Translations under genes and position numbers: made by a program | The notes under the pieces: model-generated | Database searches by the model: none | What the model was told of the DNA's origin: nothing | The model's input: the letters and a program-made list of their open reading frames with translations, nothing else | Shown: positions 1 through 12,400 of the stretch, one piece after another | Position numbering within the stretch: the first letter of the stretch is position 1 | Layout of the letters: every line of letters starts with the position of its first letter | Source: Styela clava | Taxonomy: Eukaryota | Assembly: GCF_964204865.1 (NCBI RefSeq) | Contig: NC_135255.1 | Coordinates: forward strand, 3,162,001-3,226,000 | Reading direction: 5' to 3' | Length of the DNA stretch: 64,000 nucleotides

Positions 1-730
1 ATTTCAGAATTTATTCGGAATTGGGAATCATTGGATTATGACCATTTTTGCTTTGTAAATCTATAGGTTCTGTCAGTATTATTGTCGAATTTTAATTAAA
101 CTATAGTAAAATATCCCTTAATTTGAGAAGGTTTGAATAAATAACAAAATTTGATTGTGAACGATAGGTCAAGTGTAGGTAACATCACCGGTTTTAAACA
201 TCTTTCATTGGTAATCCAATTCTTAATAATAGTTTAATAGTGTTTTAGATCTCTGCTTAGCAGTTATCATTCTTTTCAAAATAATCCAATTTTCAACTTT
301 ATCTTCCCATATTAAGAATATATCAACCATATTATCTAAGCTATTATCTGTTACTTACTTACTTATCTGTTACTTACTTACTACAAGAAATATTCTGTAT
401 TTGGACTAATACTTTTAAATTTTGATTTCACTGACTTTATTACACATAAACAGAAAGAAGTAGGCATTAATGATGTAGCAAGAGCACTTTCCGAATACAT
501 CCTGTAATAATTTTTCCAAATATAGTTTGAATTTAATCCTATTCAACATAAGAATTTGCAGAAATCAATGCAAATTTATAATAATTGAATTTGTTTTTAA
601 AATCATATATTTACTATATCTAATATTACTGATTTTAAATGTATACGAATATTAGATTCGTTTTGAACGAACTAAATTGTTGAAGTTGAGGGATTATCAG
701 TAAATGCGTTCTTTTAAATGTAAATCTCAG

Positions 731-3700
731 GAGTTTCATCTGTATTGAGTTGTCTTCCTGTTGACAAAGCTCACGATGCATTGACAGAACTATGCAGATC
801 TCAAGTTGTTGCATTGAGTCACCTCTCACAAAAGCAGCCAAACGAACAACATGCAGGTTTGATGTCTTTCATGTAGGATTTTATATAACTGTCTCATGTT
901 ATTTTATGGACGATGGCTTTTTACCCGGAACAATTATGCAAGTAACAAATTCACAATTGTTTCTTACTACAGGAATACACTTTTGTTTTTTTTATCGTCA
1001 AATCAAATGTGGCTGTTGCTTATGTGGATGATTTCTACGTGGTTTGGATTGCAATGTACTCTTTTGCATAATAGATTTCAGAGGTTGTCTAAGATAGCAC
1101 CAATTTATATTTTCATTATTTTCTATACTTTTTTATATTTTCATCGAAAAAAAATTCTAGGGTCAAGTTTTATTCTGAAAATTTGCCTGGTGTTGAATGG
1201 CAAAAATAATGGTTGAAAACCCTTGGTGAGATATTTTATTCAAACAGCGAATAATGACTGAATAATCACATTTTTCAGTGTTCTGAGTTGAGTATCAAAA
1301 ATTCCGTTCATCACTATTAATATTTGAATTATTTTATTATTCGTAATAACAGGTAATAAGCCAGCGCATACTGACCCAGTGACATGGTTGGACAGACTTG
1401 CTGTTATATTTCGCACTTTTACTACAAAGGACACTGCAACAAATGGATATGTTCATCCATGCAAACAAGTAATAGAGGAGGTATGGGTGATAATTGAAGT
1501 TTAAGTTGACTAGGTTTAAATTAAGTTGCTCAAGTTTTACAGTGGCAATATCACTTCTTCAGTATCACTTCTATCTCGCAACAAAATAGTCACGATCCTG
1601 AATGTAATTTTCATTGATACCCCTTGAAGCTGTTTATAGGGATGCAGAAAAGGCAAGAAAATGGACAAAATTCAGTATTTCACTATTTGCAATTTAAAAC
1701 AATATTTCCAAATGTCGAATATCGGAGTAAAACATGATTTGATTGTTTTTTTAATTTTTAGTTTTCAGTAAATAAATGTAAAAGCATATTCGTTAATACT
1801 TTTAATATGATGTCTCCTTTGTATTTGTCTGTTAATCACGACCATTCTTTTCCTAGATGTGGCCGGTTTTACAGTCCGTTCTTGAACAACACAAAGCGGA
1901 GAACAGGATAGTTGAAAGATGGTGTCGATGTATAAGATTTGCTGTTCGGTGTGTTAAAATGGCTATTGTTAGTACTTTAGTTCCATCTTTAACAACCACA
2001 TTGTCAACAGCTTACAATTCTTCACCACACAGTTGTTTCTTGTACTTGGGAAGTGTTTTGGTGAGTGATTGCCATTGTTTCCAGGCTGTATAGGTAGTTC
2101 AGCATGTTTTCATTAGAGCAGGGGTCATGTTTTTAACTCGTCTACACAACTTTTTACACCTTTATCCCCAGGTTCTCATATTTTCAAACTACGACATATT
2201 TTATTTCTGTAACACAAATCGAGACGCATTAAGAAGGCATTACAGTTATTGAACCTAAAGTATTACATTTCTGCCGAATGTCCAATATCAGCAGTTGTTA
2301 TTTCCTACTATGTTACTTTGAACAGTTTTTATGTTCTAATTGTGGGTCCATAAGAAAATTTTTTCCAAAAATGAACAAATATAAATTGTCATCGGTCTGA
2401 GTTTTCTACCGTTGTTCCCCTAAAAATTATTTTATTGAATCTACCAGATTTGAGAATTTCTCTTCGAGCAAGTCGCTTCATTGGTACTGTTGACTTTGTT
2501 GTTTCAAGTTCATGTCAATAGTTTTCGAATTTATCGCGGATGCATAGTTCGTTGCAAGCCTAGAGTGTAATAAATTGAGTAGGGAATGCTGAGCCAGAAA
2601 GCTTTCAGTTTTCCCAAAAAATAGTAGTTTTTTTACTGACTACCTATGCAGAGTCTTTTTTGGAGTGCGGGCATCAAATGTCGTTCAAAAATCCATCGTT
2701 AATCTAGTTGATTCCGTGTAATGGCACGCTACTGTGTTAGCTCCTAGTTAATTTACATTTAAATAGTTTTGATGTCATTTTATCAATTTGTGAGTTCTCA
2801 TTAATAACAGAATTCACCTTGTGCAGGTTGATGAATATGGAAGTGATATGTCCGCATCAAATATATTATTAGAAATGTTGGAAGGTTTTTGTCCTAAAAC
2901 GTTTGATTTATTGAATGAAGAGAAAGGTTTACAAAATCATCCTGATACTGTTGATGATTTGTTTAGACTATGTTGCAGGTGAGCTATCTTATACTATGGG
3001 GGAAGTCTGAACCCTGGTTCACAAGGTAAATGCGGCCTGCAAGCAGGTGAAAGTTTTTTGTTTTCCATTTCAGCAAGGAATTTTTTAAGGGACCTGAATT
3101 GCTTTGTTATTAATGAAATCTAGCCAATGGCCATTTTCAGCAATCTTACCATATTTTGTTTATCCTATTTTATATAATATTCTCCATGGTTTTATTCACA
3201 TTAGTAGGTATATTGAAATTATTTCCGATAGCAATAATATATAGTGTCTATATATTGAAGTATTCAAAATATTATACATCAAGTACATTTGATAAATTGA
3301 TGTACTACTACTGGTTATCAATGGCATTCATACAGAAAAATTAAGACAATCTCTATTTTCTTGTTGAAATTATATTTTGGTATTTATAGAAATATGTTTT
3401 TCTTTAGATTTGTTGAACGTTGTCCATTGAAGTTTCTGTCACATATCGTCTGTCCTCCACTGCTACAATGTGCCATTGCTGCTATAGTATTGGATCATAG
3501 AGATGCCAACACATCCGTGACTAAATTTTTGAGGAACGTTATTGAATCAAGGGTTGGCGTACCGGTATGTATTCAAAAACATATACTGTCTTCCGAAGGG
3601 GCTGTGAAGTAGGAGAAAATTCATGTCCAATTCTTGTTATTAAAATATGATTCTGACTCAGGAATAACATGTGTACACAAATCTAAGCAGTGATTTCCAA

Positions 3701-6144
3701 CAGGTATTCCACAGAACACTGCTGTTCCCTGAAAGACCTTCAGGTGTTCCACGTCAAATTGTTGTGTAACTTTTTTCTGATTGGCACATTTTATGATATA
3801 AAATAATGCAAATTAAGAATCAAAGATCACTCATTTGGTTTTAAGACAAGTCTGTTGCATGGTAATGAAAATCATCTGTGCGAATATCGTTTAGTTTTCA
3901 TGTAGTCCTAACTGAAATCAAAATTTATCACTAACATTTGCCAGTAGTTGCCAGTTTACCAACAATATCACAACTCATACCGCATGTTATAAAAAATACT
4001 TTTGGTACGGCGGATAGATATTTGAAAAAAACTAAAAAACGCATTTGGTGTTTTCCATAATTTTTTTGATATAAAAAGTGTTCTGCATTTAAAAAAAGAT
4101 TGAAGATTACTGCCTTGGAGTATGCAACCTTCTTTGGAGTCTGTGTCAGTGTGACACTGTCAGATTATCAGCTTTTGGATTATTAGAAATTTGAATTTAA
4201 ATTTCAAAATTTCTGACAGAAACCTAAATAAAAGGATTGAGTTTGCTAAATAACCTCAACAGACTATTACAAAAAGTTTGCATATGCCAAAGTTTTTATC
4301 GAAATTTGTTTGTTTCACTCTCGGGGTGTCAATCGTGAATTGTCTGATGTCTGCCAATTAAATTAACAATGTATTGTGACTTGATTGAAACATTATTTAA
4401 ACAGGGAGAACCACAGGATGCTGGTGTTCCTATCATGTTAATGTATGGTGAAGAAATAGTTCAAAGGTCACTCAATGCCAGTTTGTTTAGTCTTCCATCA
4501 TATTTATATCCTGATATTGCTGAACTATGGTGGGCTGTCATGCAAAGAAATAGAGAAGTAAGTAGTTTTCACTTTTTTGTGGTCTAGGTAAATCTTACTA
4601 AAAATCTCTTCACCCTGTATAAGGCTCTATCTAGGTAAGCAGACACTCATTGGATTTGGACTTTGGATCTTCTATTAGTTTAGGTCATTTCTGTCCAGCT
4701 TCAACAGCTCATAACCTTTCCCATTGTGGTCATGGTGATGATCTGGGCCTATAATAAAATCTCTTATCTGCAATGCTTGAGGATAATAACTCAAGTGTTA
4801 GACCGCTCTTACTGAAATCACTATGATCATAGATCTTGGAAGTAAAACTTATCCTTATTAGATTTGTGTATAAAAATGTTAAAAATTATAATTTGATTCG
4901 CATTCCGATCTTCACATAATCAAACTAAATTTATATGATGTTTTCCGTGTCTTTTACTCTGAGGTTTTGTATATGCAGCAACTGATGTGGGAGGAGCTAA
5001 TATATTAATCGCTCTGGTTTGACATTGCATACCCATATTATTGGAACCTGGATAAGTGTTTGAACATAGATCTTTAACCTGTGATCCCAGCATAGTTAAG
5101 TCCAATTCTTCAGCCACTAGACTAGTGTGGGCAATTGTTTCGGCTTGCACAGAAGTCAGCTGATGGTCGCGCTTTTATATGCACTCAATTTCCATAGGAG
5201 TCAACCATTGTCTTTCTTTTACTTCCATATCTAAATTGTTAGAGATATTACAAATAAATAGATAAAACACTCAATCTTTTTATTCATTTATAATCGATTG
5301 AAAATCGTCGCCAAGCGTTGCAGTTTGGCGACATGAATTAACTTTACAGAATTGTATTTTTTCCTAAGTATTTGCTTGAGGCTTTCGTGGGCTGCTCAAA
5401 CAATTTCCTATGGGCTACAGTTTGCCCGCCCCTGTGCAAGGCCATTGTGTGCCCAAAATCTGCAAGTTTCAAATTTTCACCTCCCAGTAGACAAGCTGAA
5501 GGTTTCATCTATCTATCACTGTCATCAGTTATGGATAGCCAAAGCGAATGTTTGCAGTAAGTTAGTTGTCCTGGTTTTCATTTACCTTTAATATTTATTT
5601 TAGTGGTTCAAAACCTGGTTAGAAAAAGCATTGAAAAACTTGCCCAGTGATGCCACATTCGCCACAGCAACACATGAACAAATTTTACAGTTTTTAGCAG
5701 AAGTCACAAGGTATGTATGATATGACAAAAGTAAAACTATATAAAAGTATTATTTTCCTTGAGAGTTTGTGTCTGTTTTACTAACAGGTTGGGCATATGC
5801 TGTCATGGTAGAAAGTAAAGTGTCTTATATATGGTAGTTAATACTTTGTAGAAAGATGCAACTGAGAGATTGCCGAGTATTCCATGCGTGTGCTATATGG
5901 ACAGTTTGAACCTTATGTTCTGTTCGTTTACCCAGGATAGTTATGAAGCATCAAATGCTTGATTATTTGGTAGCATGGCCACTTTCATAGCAAGATATAC
6001 CACATTGATTTTCATTGTCACCTTGTTAACACATGCTTGTAATAGATATCATCACATCTAATGAGTTTTTCTTATTCTTCCAGCTCCAGTGAAGGCAGAA
6101 ACGTAAGTTACTTGTTGAGAGACTTCTGCAGATTATACAGATAA
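731..6144 (+). CDS. TNPO3: Transportin-3 (transportin-SR), 3' part; the 5' exons lie upstream of the window. Exons 731-856, 1353-1480, 1857-2060, 2827-2978, 3408-3564, 4405-4557, 5604-5710, 6084-6144 (TAA)
   Basis: GT-AG exons join in frame and give DPVTWLDRLAVIFR, WPVL..HKAENRIVERWCRCIRFAVRC, HSCFLYLGSVLVDEYG, GLQNHPDTVDDLFRL, LDHRDANTSV and the C-terminus LRDFCRLYR*, all characteristic of the TNPO3 C-terminal HEAT repeats. Confidence 0.95.
3688..4112. mobile_element. Degenerate non-autonomous hAT-type MITE in a TNPO3 intron
   Basis: Left end CAGTGATTTCCAAC followed by a TTCC..GAACACT..GTTCC subterminal motif; right end AAAGATTGAAGATTACTG is a degenerate inverted copy. No clear TSD. Confidence 0.45.
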
Positions 6145-7803
6145 TGCACAATACACAACTGATGTTCCTGTATAATCAACAACCTTTCGACATAAGGAGG
6201 AAAATGAATACAGTATCGAATGAGCCCGTGTAGAGACTAGATAATAGGAGTGGTTAATATGGAGGTGTCTCAGACTCATCCAGTCATAGCTTTGTTTTTG
6301 CGAATTATGAGGCGTAGATGAACTGCAACATGGTGGTCTCTGCTCGATACAAATAAAGCTGAATGAACTAGATATAACATAAATGTTATTGTTAAAATTT
6401 TGCCATAGAATTAGGTAATGGTAGTGAACAACATGGGTTTTTTAGGATTCGGAAATGAAATGTTACCGAAAAATGTAATGAAATAGTAATAATCGACTAA
6501 ATTAGATGTTTTGATTTCTCCTGAATTTATCTGCTTCATGTAGAAATATTCAATAAATTAATTTAGCTTAATAAATTTAGTATTAGTGGTTGTCTAAAAA
6601 TGTTGATAGCTTTATTTGTAAAATTCTGGTATTTGAAGGGAAAGCATGATTTACGTAAGTCCAAGAAATGATCTCACATAAGATCTTGTTGATACAAAAT
6701 GCAGTATACAGGCTGGTGTCGATAGCAATTGTTTTGGTATTGAAATATATTTATTTGGTCGGTAGTCTTGTCAGCGCTTAAATTCCATATTATTTCAGAC
6801 TGAATCACAATTAAATAAAACTACATTTCTTTTAGTGCAGAATTATTAGAAATAATAGTTTGTTTTAGAATATCAACCGAGCTTGTGATCAAAGAGATCG
6901 TGTCCAACTTGATCAATCCTGTGTTTTTTATTAGTTCTTAATCGCCATACCGCTTTTTTAGAATGTCCATTTTTGTGCAGAATCACATTATCAAGCAACA
7001 TGTGGAACTAAAATGAATAAATCATTTCTTTTGTAACAATGAATTTTTATAATACAGTTGATTTAATGAATTCATTACGTTCCTGCATGTGAATGTAACA
7101 ATTGTAAAAATATGGGAATATTCAATTTTGTTTACACAAGGCGACAGGAGCAGCATTTTATGACACATTCGAATTTTATATGAATACGACAAACTTCATG
7201 ATAATGGCTTATAAGTTAAATTGCGAAGTGATGTTATTTTTAGTTTTTATATCCAAAACAATGTTGATTGGCTGGTGGAAATTTTCTGTAATATATCTCC
7301 ATTTATTCAAACTTTATTTTAGTTTGGGAACCGTGGGTTCAGATTTGAAGTCTATATCATATGCCTCACTGAAAGATTTTTTTCAATTTAGTTCTGTGGT
7401 TGGTGTTAGAAAATAGGCTAATTTCTTTCAAATACAGTCTGATCTTGTGAGCTCCGTTGTTCAAGATTCTGGAATTGATGGATGATTCCGGCATTGAAGT
7501 TATCTTTAGTCGCCCAATGTTTTATTGATAGCAAGTGTGCATGCTAGTAAATTATCCTTTTATCGATTTTTATAGTTTTGTCAATGTGGCGAACTATCGT
7601 GTTAACAACTCTAATAAAGCTTTTATTTCTGGCGGAACTGAATTGTGCAATTTGTAGCACTCATGATGGCTGGTATGCATAGGCATATGTTGAATATTAC
7701 GATCGTTGTACCACTCTGGTAGTATGCGATGTATTTATAGAACAAATGATATAGCTGATTTTGAAAAGTCAAAATTATTACGAAACTTGTTTTGTTTGTG
7801 TAT

Positions 7804-8035
7804 CGCTCGGCGGTGTGATGCATCGTGCTAAGCGCCGCCGCACGTCTGATTACCCTTCGTGAGTTTGAATCCCGTGGGAGATAATCGTGAGGAGGGAATT
7901 ACTCGACTCCTCGTCCCCGCATGCTTCCTCCACCATCAAAGTCCTAATAACCAGACGAGAGGCCGTGGTTCACCATATGATTAAGTCGCGTTAGTCTGTC
8001 ATCTCCCCTGGTTCAATAATGATGAAATAATCTAC
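7804..8035 (+). mobile_element. tRNA-derived SINE, copy 1
   Basis: tRNA-like head GGCGGTGTGATGCATCGTGCTAAGCG with B-box-like GTTTGAATCC (7863-7872). The 3' block GACGAGAGGCCGTGGTTCACCATATG..TCTCCCC is shared with the reverse-strand copy at about 57925-58148. Confidence 0.65.
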
Positions 8036-8152
8036 TGGAATACAACTTGTCATGAGCGTAAATTTTCCAGTCGTTAGTGAGAAATCGGTTTTGTTCGGCC
8101 ATAGACATTATATTATGAACTGAAACCTGTTGGATTTTTTCATTTCCAACAT

Positions 8153-8541
8153 CTTCAATGGTGGAAAAAGGTATTTTTTTCTAATGCGTGACCCCATTGC
8201 CATCCAATCAAAAAAGTAGCAAATATGGTGATTTAACATTGTACCCGACCGAAATAATAAAAAAACTCTATAAAGATCACCAAACTTATACATCACTTGT
8301 ACTATGATTGGTCTACTCAATGAGCATATTCGTTTATTTTATAATCATTTTTTCTTCGATGGTGGAAAAAGGAATTTTTTCTAATGCGTGACCCCATTGC
8401 CATCCAATCAAAAAAGTAGCAAACATGGTGATTTAACATTGTACCCGACCAAAATAATAAAAAACTCTATAAATATCACCAAACTCATACATCACTTGTA
8501 CTATAATTGGTCTACTCGTTTATTTTATAATCATTTTTTCT
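8153..8541. repeat. Tandem duplication of a unit of about 200 bp (two copies; the second has a short deletion)
   Basis: ATGGTGGAAAAAGG..CTAATGCGTGACCCCATTGCCATCCAATCAAAAAAGTAGC..TTGTACCCGACC..TATACATCACTTGTACTAT..TTTATAATCATTTTTTC occurs at about 8158 and again at about 8359. Confidence 0.9.
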
Positions 8542-9444
8542 TTGCAACTTTGTGTTTTTTAGTATTGCCGGGGGTTGATGATGATCTATATAGATTATAG
8601 AGTGATGTAAGCGGTTGACGGTACTATATTCACCTACAATAACTCCTCAATGCACAACAGAACTGATTCTTAACCATCGCTGAGTACAGATAGCGGTTTG
8701 AAAGTATCCGCATTACTTGAAAGCGTCAATACCCTACTATATCTACTTAATTTTTCGTAGGTGACATTGACCAAGCACGTGGCCGCTTAGAACAACAAGA
8801 ACCCGTGCATCTTCAACATGACCTCATCTTAAATATCAATGTCCGTAATAGTGAATCCCGACAAAATCATGTACCGTCTGCATACTTGACTTAACCATAT
8901 CCTACTTATGGTCGTCAATCAATTAATTGACCATTGAAACTCTGCTTTGTTTGTATGCTTCAACGCGGTACTTGATTACGTAGGCTAGCACATGCGATTA
9001 GCTCGTTAGTTCCACGGGATTGCTATCCGCAGATCAGGCAACCAAACTTTAGAAAGCGATTGTTGTCCATTAATTGTATAGCAATGTGTACAGAGATCGA
9101 CTTCATTCTTCTCAGAACACGAGACTGATGCTCGTGTATCATCTGCCAGTGGTCCAAAACTCGTAGCAGTATATTATCAAACTACGTTCACAATTAAATA
9201 GATAGTCATTACCGGTCAGGCTGAAATTAACCAGTCAGTTAACCAAATTTATGACAATGGATGAAGGCGAATAAGTGCAATCATTTACACTGGTATGTTT
9301 TATATCTTAGTTGAGAAATACAGGTAAAAAATTTATATTTATTTTAAAACATGTCATCCTACACGAGAAGTATTTGGTGTTAAGAATCTATTCATAAAAC
9401 ATCATAGATGTTGAAAGCAGAATTAGTATTACAAGTCAGGAATA

Positions 9445-12400
9445 ATGTCCGACATTATCAAGATAAGCAATTTGAACATGCATCGAATAACTCGTCGATC
9501 CAGCAATAACGCTAGCGATGACAAAGGTAAGACGAACGAACTTTTTTTCATAACATTACCATTAGGTATTTCTAGTTTTTGTACTAGAAAATTGTCTGTT
9601 GCTATGCTAAAACGCCATAGGTACCCCATACGTATACCCATTTGTCAGGAGACAACACGCTGACACTTATTTAATCGTTGCTTTATCTGGTTGTTACTGT
9701 CATTATCATTGGACCCATCAACATATTTTCAGAAAAACAAACGAAGCGAAAAAATACTGATGAAGATTCTCTACCAAATTCAAGTATTAATAACTGCAGT
9801 ACTCCTGAAAGTTTACATTCAATTTCGTTGCGTATATCGTTAGACGAGGAAGCTGACAATGACCACTATATCGACGAGGACTCAGACGCACCTTGCTCAT
9901 CATCACACTCAGACTGCAGTAGTGGATATCCATTACTAGATAGCTCTCGATCACCATCTGAGAGAACTCTACCGGAAACACCAAAGGTATTTATTGTTGT
10001 TTTTCCTGGACAATCGTGAGATTGTTTCAGCGTATTTCTCGACAAAAATTCCATGGCCCGTGGTACGATGTAACCTAAAGATAGGCTTACCATACGTCCC
10101 GCTTTTCAGCGTTTTGTCCCGCCGTCCCGATAAGTCAGCCAAAAGTCCCGTCTTTCCAGCAAAATACACAAACATGTTCTCGTTACTGTTGTTTCTGTGT
10201 AGCGCAGCGCTAGGCTACTTACTGAAGGCGAATGCGTTCGTTTCCCGCTGATTCCCATTGATGGCAGACGTATCGCATGTAAAACCAATACTAATTAGTC
10301 TAAATTCGAATTATTTGTACCGGTATCGTTAACGTCAATTCCTTCCTATTTCTCGAACTGAACCCGATATTTGGACAGAATATGCGCATGAAATTTCGAT
10401 AACAATATGGTCAATAAAGACAGCCGATACAGCTTTAAATGTAGGAATGTAGGCCTATGTAGTAAAATTGGAAAATGTGAAGTTACAAAATCACAGCTAA
10501 GGGGTCGTTGTCTTTCGAGGCGTCCCGATTTGAAGTATATATATTATATACAGTATATCGTTATTTATTTTTTCAAAATTGCTAATTTTCATTTTTCAGA
10601 TTCATGAAAACAAGAAACATTACAGGTGTAAAACTGGAAACAGTGTGCGGTTTGATGAAAATAAATTATTTTGTTCTGATACCACTTATGGGTAAGTTTA
10701 CTGATAATGTTATATCCAATATATATATCGTATCCAATTTGGGGCCTTATACTTTGCTAAGCTGTGTTGATTCAGAATGAAGTGGTTCAAAATTATTTAC
10801 GTGTAGAGTCCGAGGTCCTCACACAAACATACTTCAATTCTCTGTTAGAATATCACTTATAGTTTGTTTTCTAAAAATAGGTAATTTGTGTTAATTTTCA
10901 GCAAAACTCCTAAATAACTAATCACAGCAAGTGTGAGCTTGAATATTGGTGAGTGGCAACTGCGATATATATGTACATGTAAGAACCTGAGGCACATAGC
11001 CTACTAATTTTAGTGATGTTTCGGTACTAATTATAGCTTATTATCTTTACTAGTGTATTCTATATCTTGTTGTGCTTTTGCAGAAGAAACGGCTCCATAG
11101 AAAGTCTTTCCTCAGATGATAGAAGGAAGAAGAAAACGGCGAGGGTTTCTAAAGTCGCGTTGAAATCCAATTCTGTTAAAACTGTTCCAACTGAAATAAA
11201 ACCTTTGCATCCAGATGTAATATCTCTGCTTATGTCAAAAAGACCAAAATCTGCATCGACTTTGACTTTCAGCGACCAAAGAATTGCCACCAAGAATACG
11301 CAAACTAGAAACGTTCCCGAATTTAAATCTCGACACACACAGGCCAGTGAGCCAGAAAAACAAATGAACGACATTACGATTCAAGTCCCTGAACTGCACA
11401 ATATTGGAATTCAATGTAAACGACAAGCAAAAAAACCGAAAGCGATATCCAAAGGCTGCCAAGTCGTTTATGACTCGGTGAAACCTGATGGATCTCACGA
11501 TCTACCAGATGAAAAACGTTTGGATTACGCGATATCCGCTGTCGGCAAGTCACAAAATATGAATACGCTGAGGACTACGTCTGCGCAATGCTCGAGACAG
11601 GAGACATTAGACGAAAATTTTAAAATGCAGGCAAGTTTATTTATAACTTAAATATATATTCGTACCATATTATAATACTTGGAAACTCACTGACTTCTTC
11701 AAGTAAATTCTCTTAAGGGATACGACTGATCCTTCACAATGCAGCATATATATATACATATATATATATATAATTTTACTAGGGCAGTGGTTCTCAAACT
11801 TTTTTTGCTCGCGGCTCACTAAGCAAATAATAAATATTTTGCCGCACACCTGTAATAAAATAAAGTTAGCTTCAATGAAATTATTCTGCAAATGTTAATG
11901 CAATGTTTGTGCCTCGTTTGGGAAACAATTGAAACGAGGTTTCATCGCCCAATCAACATGGTGAAAGGTGGACGTCTTGTTTACAAATACATTATGACAT
12001 AACAATACAATTATGACACGACAACGACCCTTACTACAACGACAAGGCAAATGCAATACTATTTATCAGTCCTATAATAAATAATGCGCACTCAAGTCCC
12101 ATAAGCTTGCTCGTTGCATGCATGCCTGTTTGTAATACGAATTACGAATAGCTTATTTTCTAAAATTGCAAAAAGCTCCGTGGCACACCTGAAAATCTCT
12201 CGTGGAAAAAACGGTGCACTAGGGGCTCAGGCTATCATATGACCATTTCGATAGTCAACGGAGATGGAAATTTTTGTGATATGAATATTAGGATCGTATT
12301 TTGACCTTTTTTCTACCTTTAGGCTAAGCACATTAGGTACCTCATACAAAGTATGACTTGTTATATATATAATATTTTTAAACAGCGGTGCAAATCAGCG

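Noticed and set aside
342-382. TTATCTGTTACTTACTTAC repeated twice
   Set aside because: Simple slippage microsatellite in an intron.
5306-5331. 8-bp hairpin GTCGCCAA/TTGGCGAC in a TNPO3 intron
   Set aside because: Short, isolated and without other element hallmarks; could be chance or a Helitron-type end.
7804-7880. tRNA-like A/B-box sequence
   Set aside because: No cloverleaf or anticodon arm; better explained as a SINE head.
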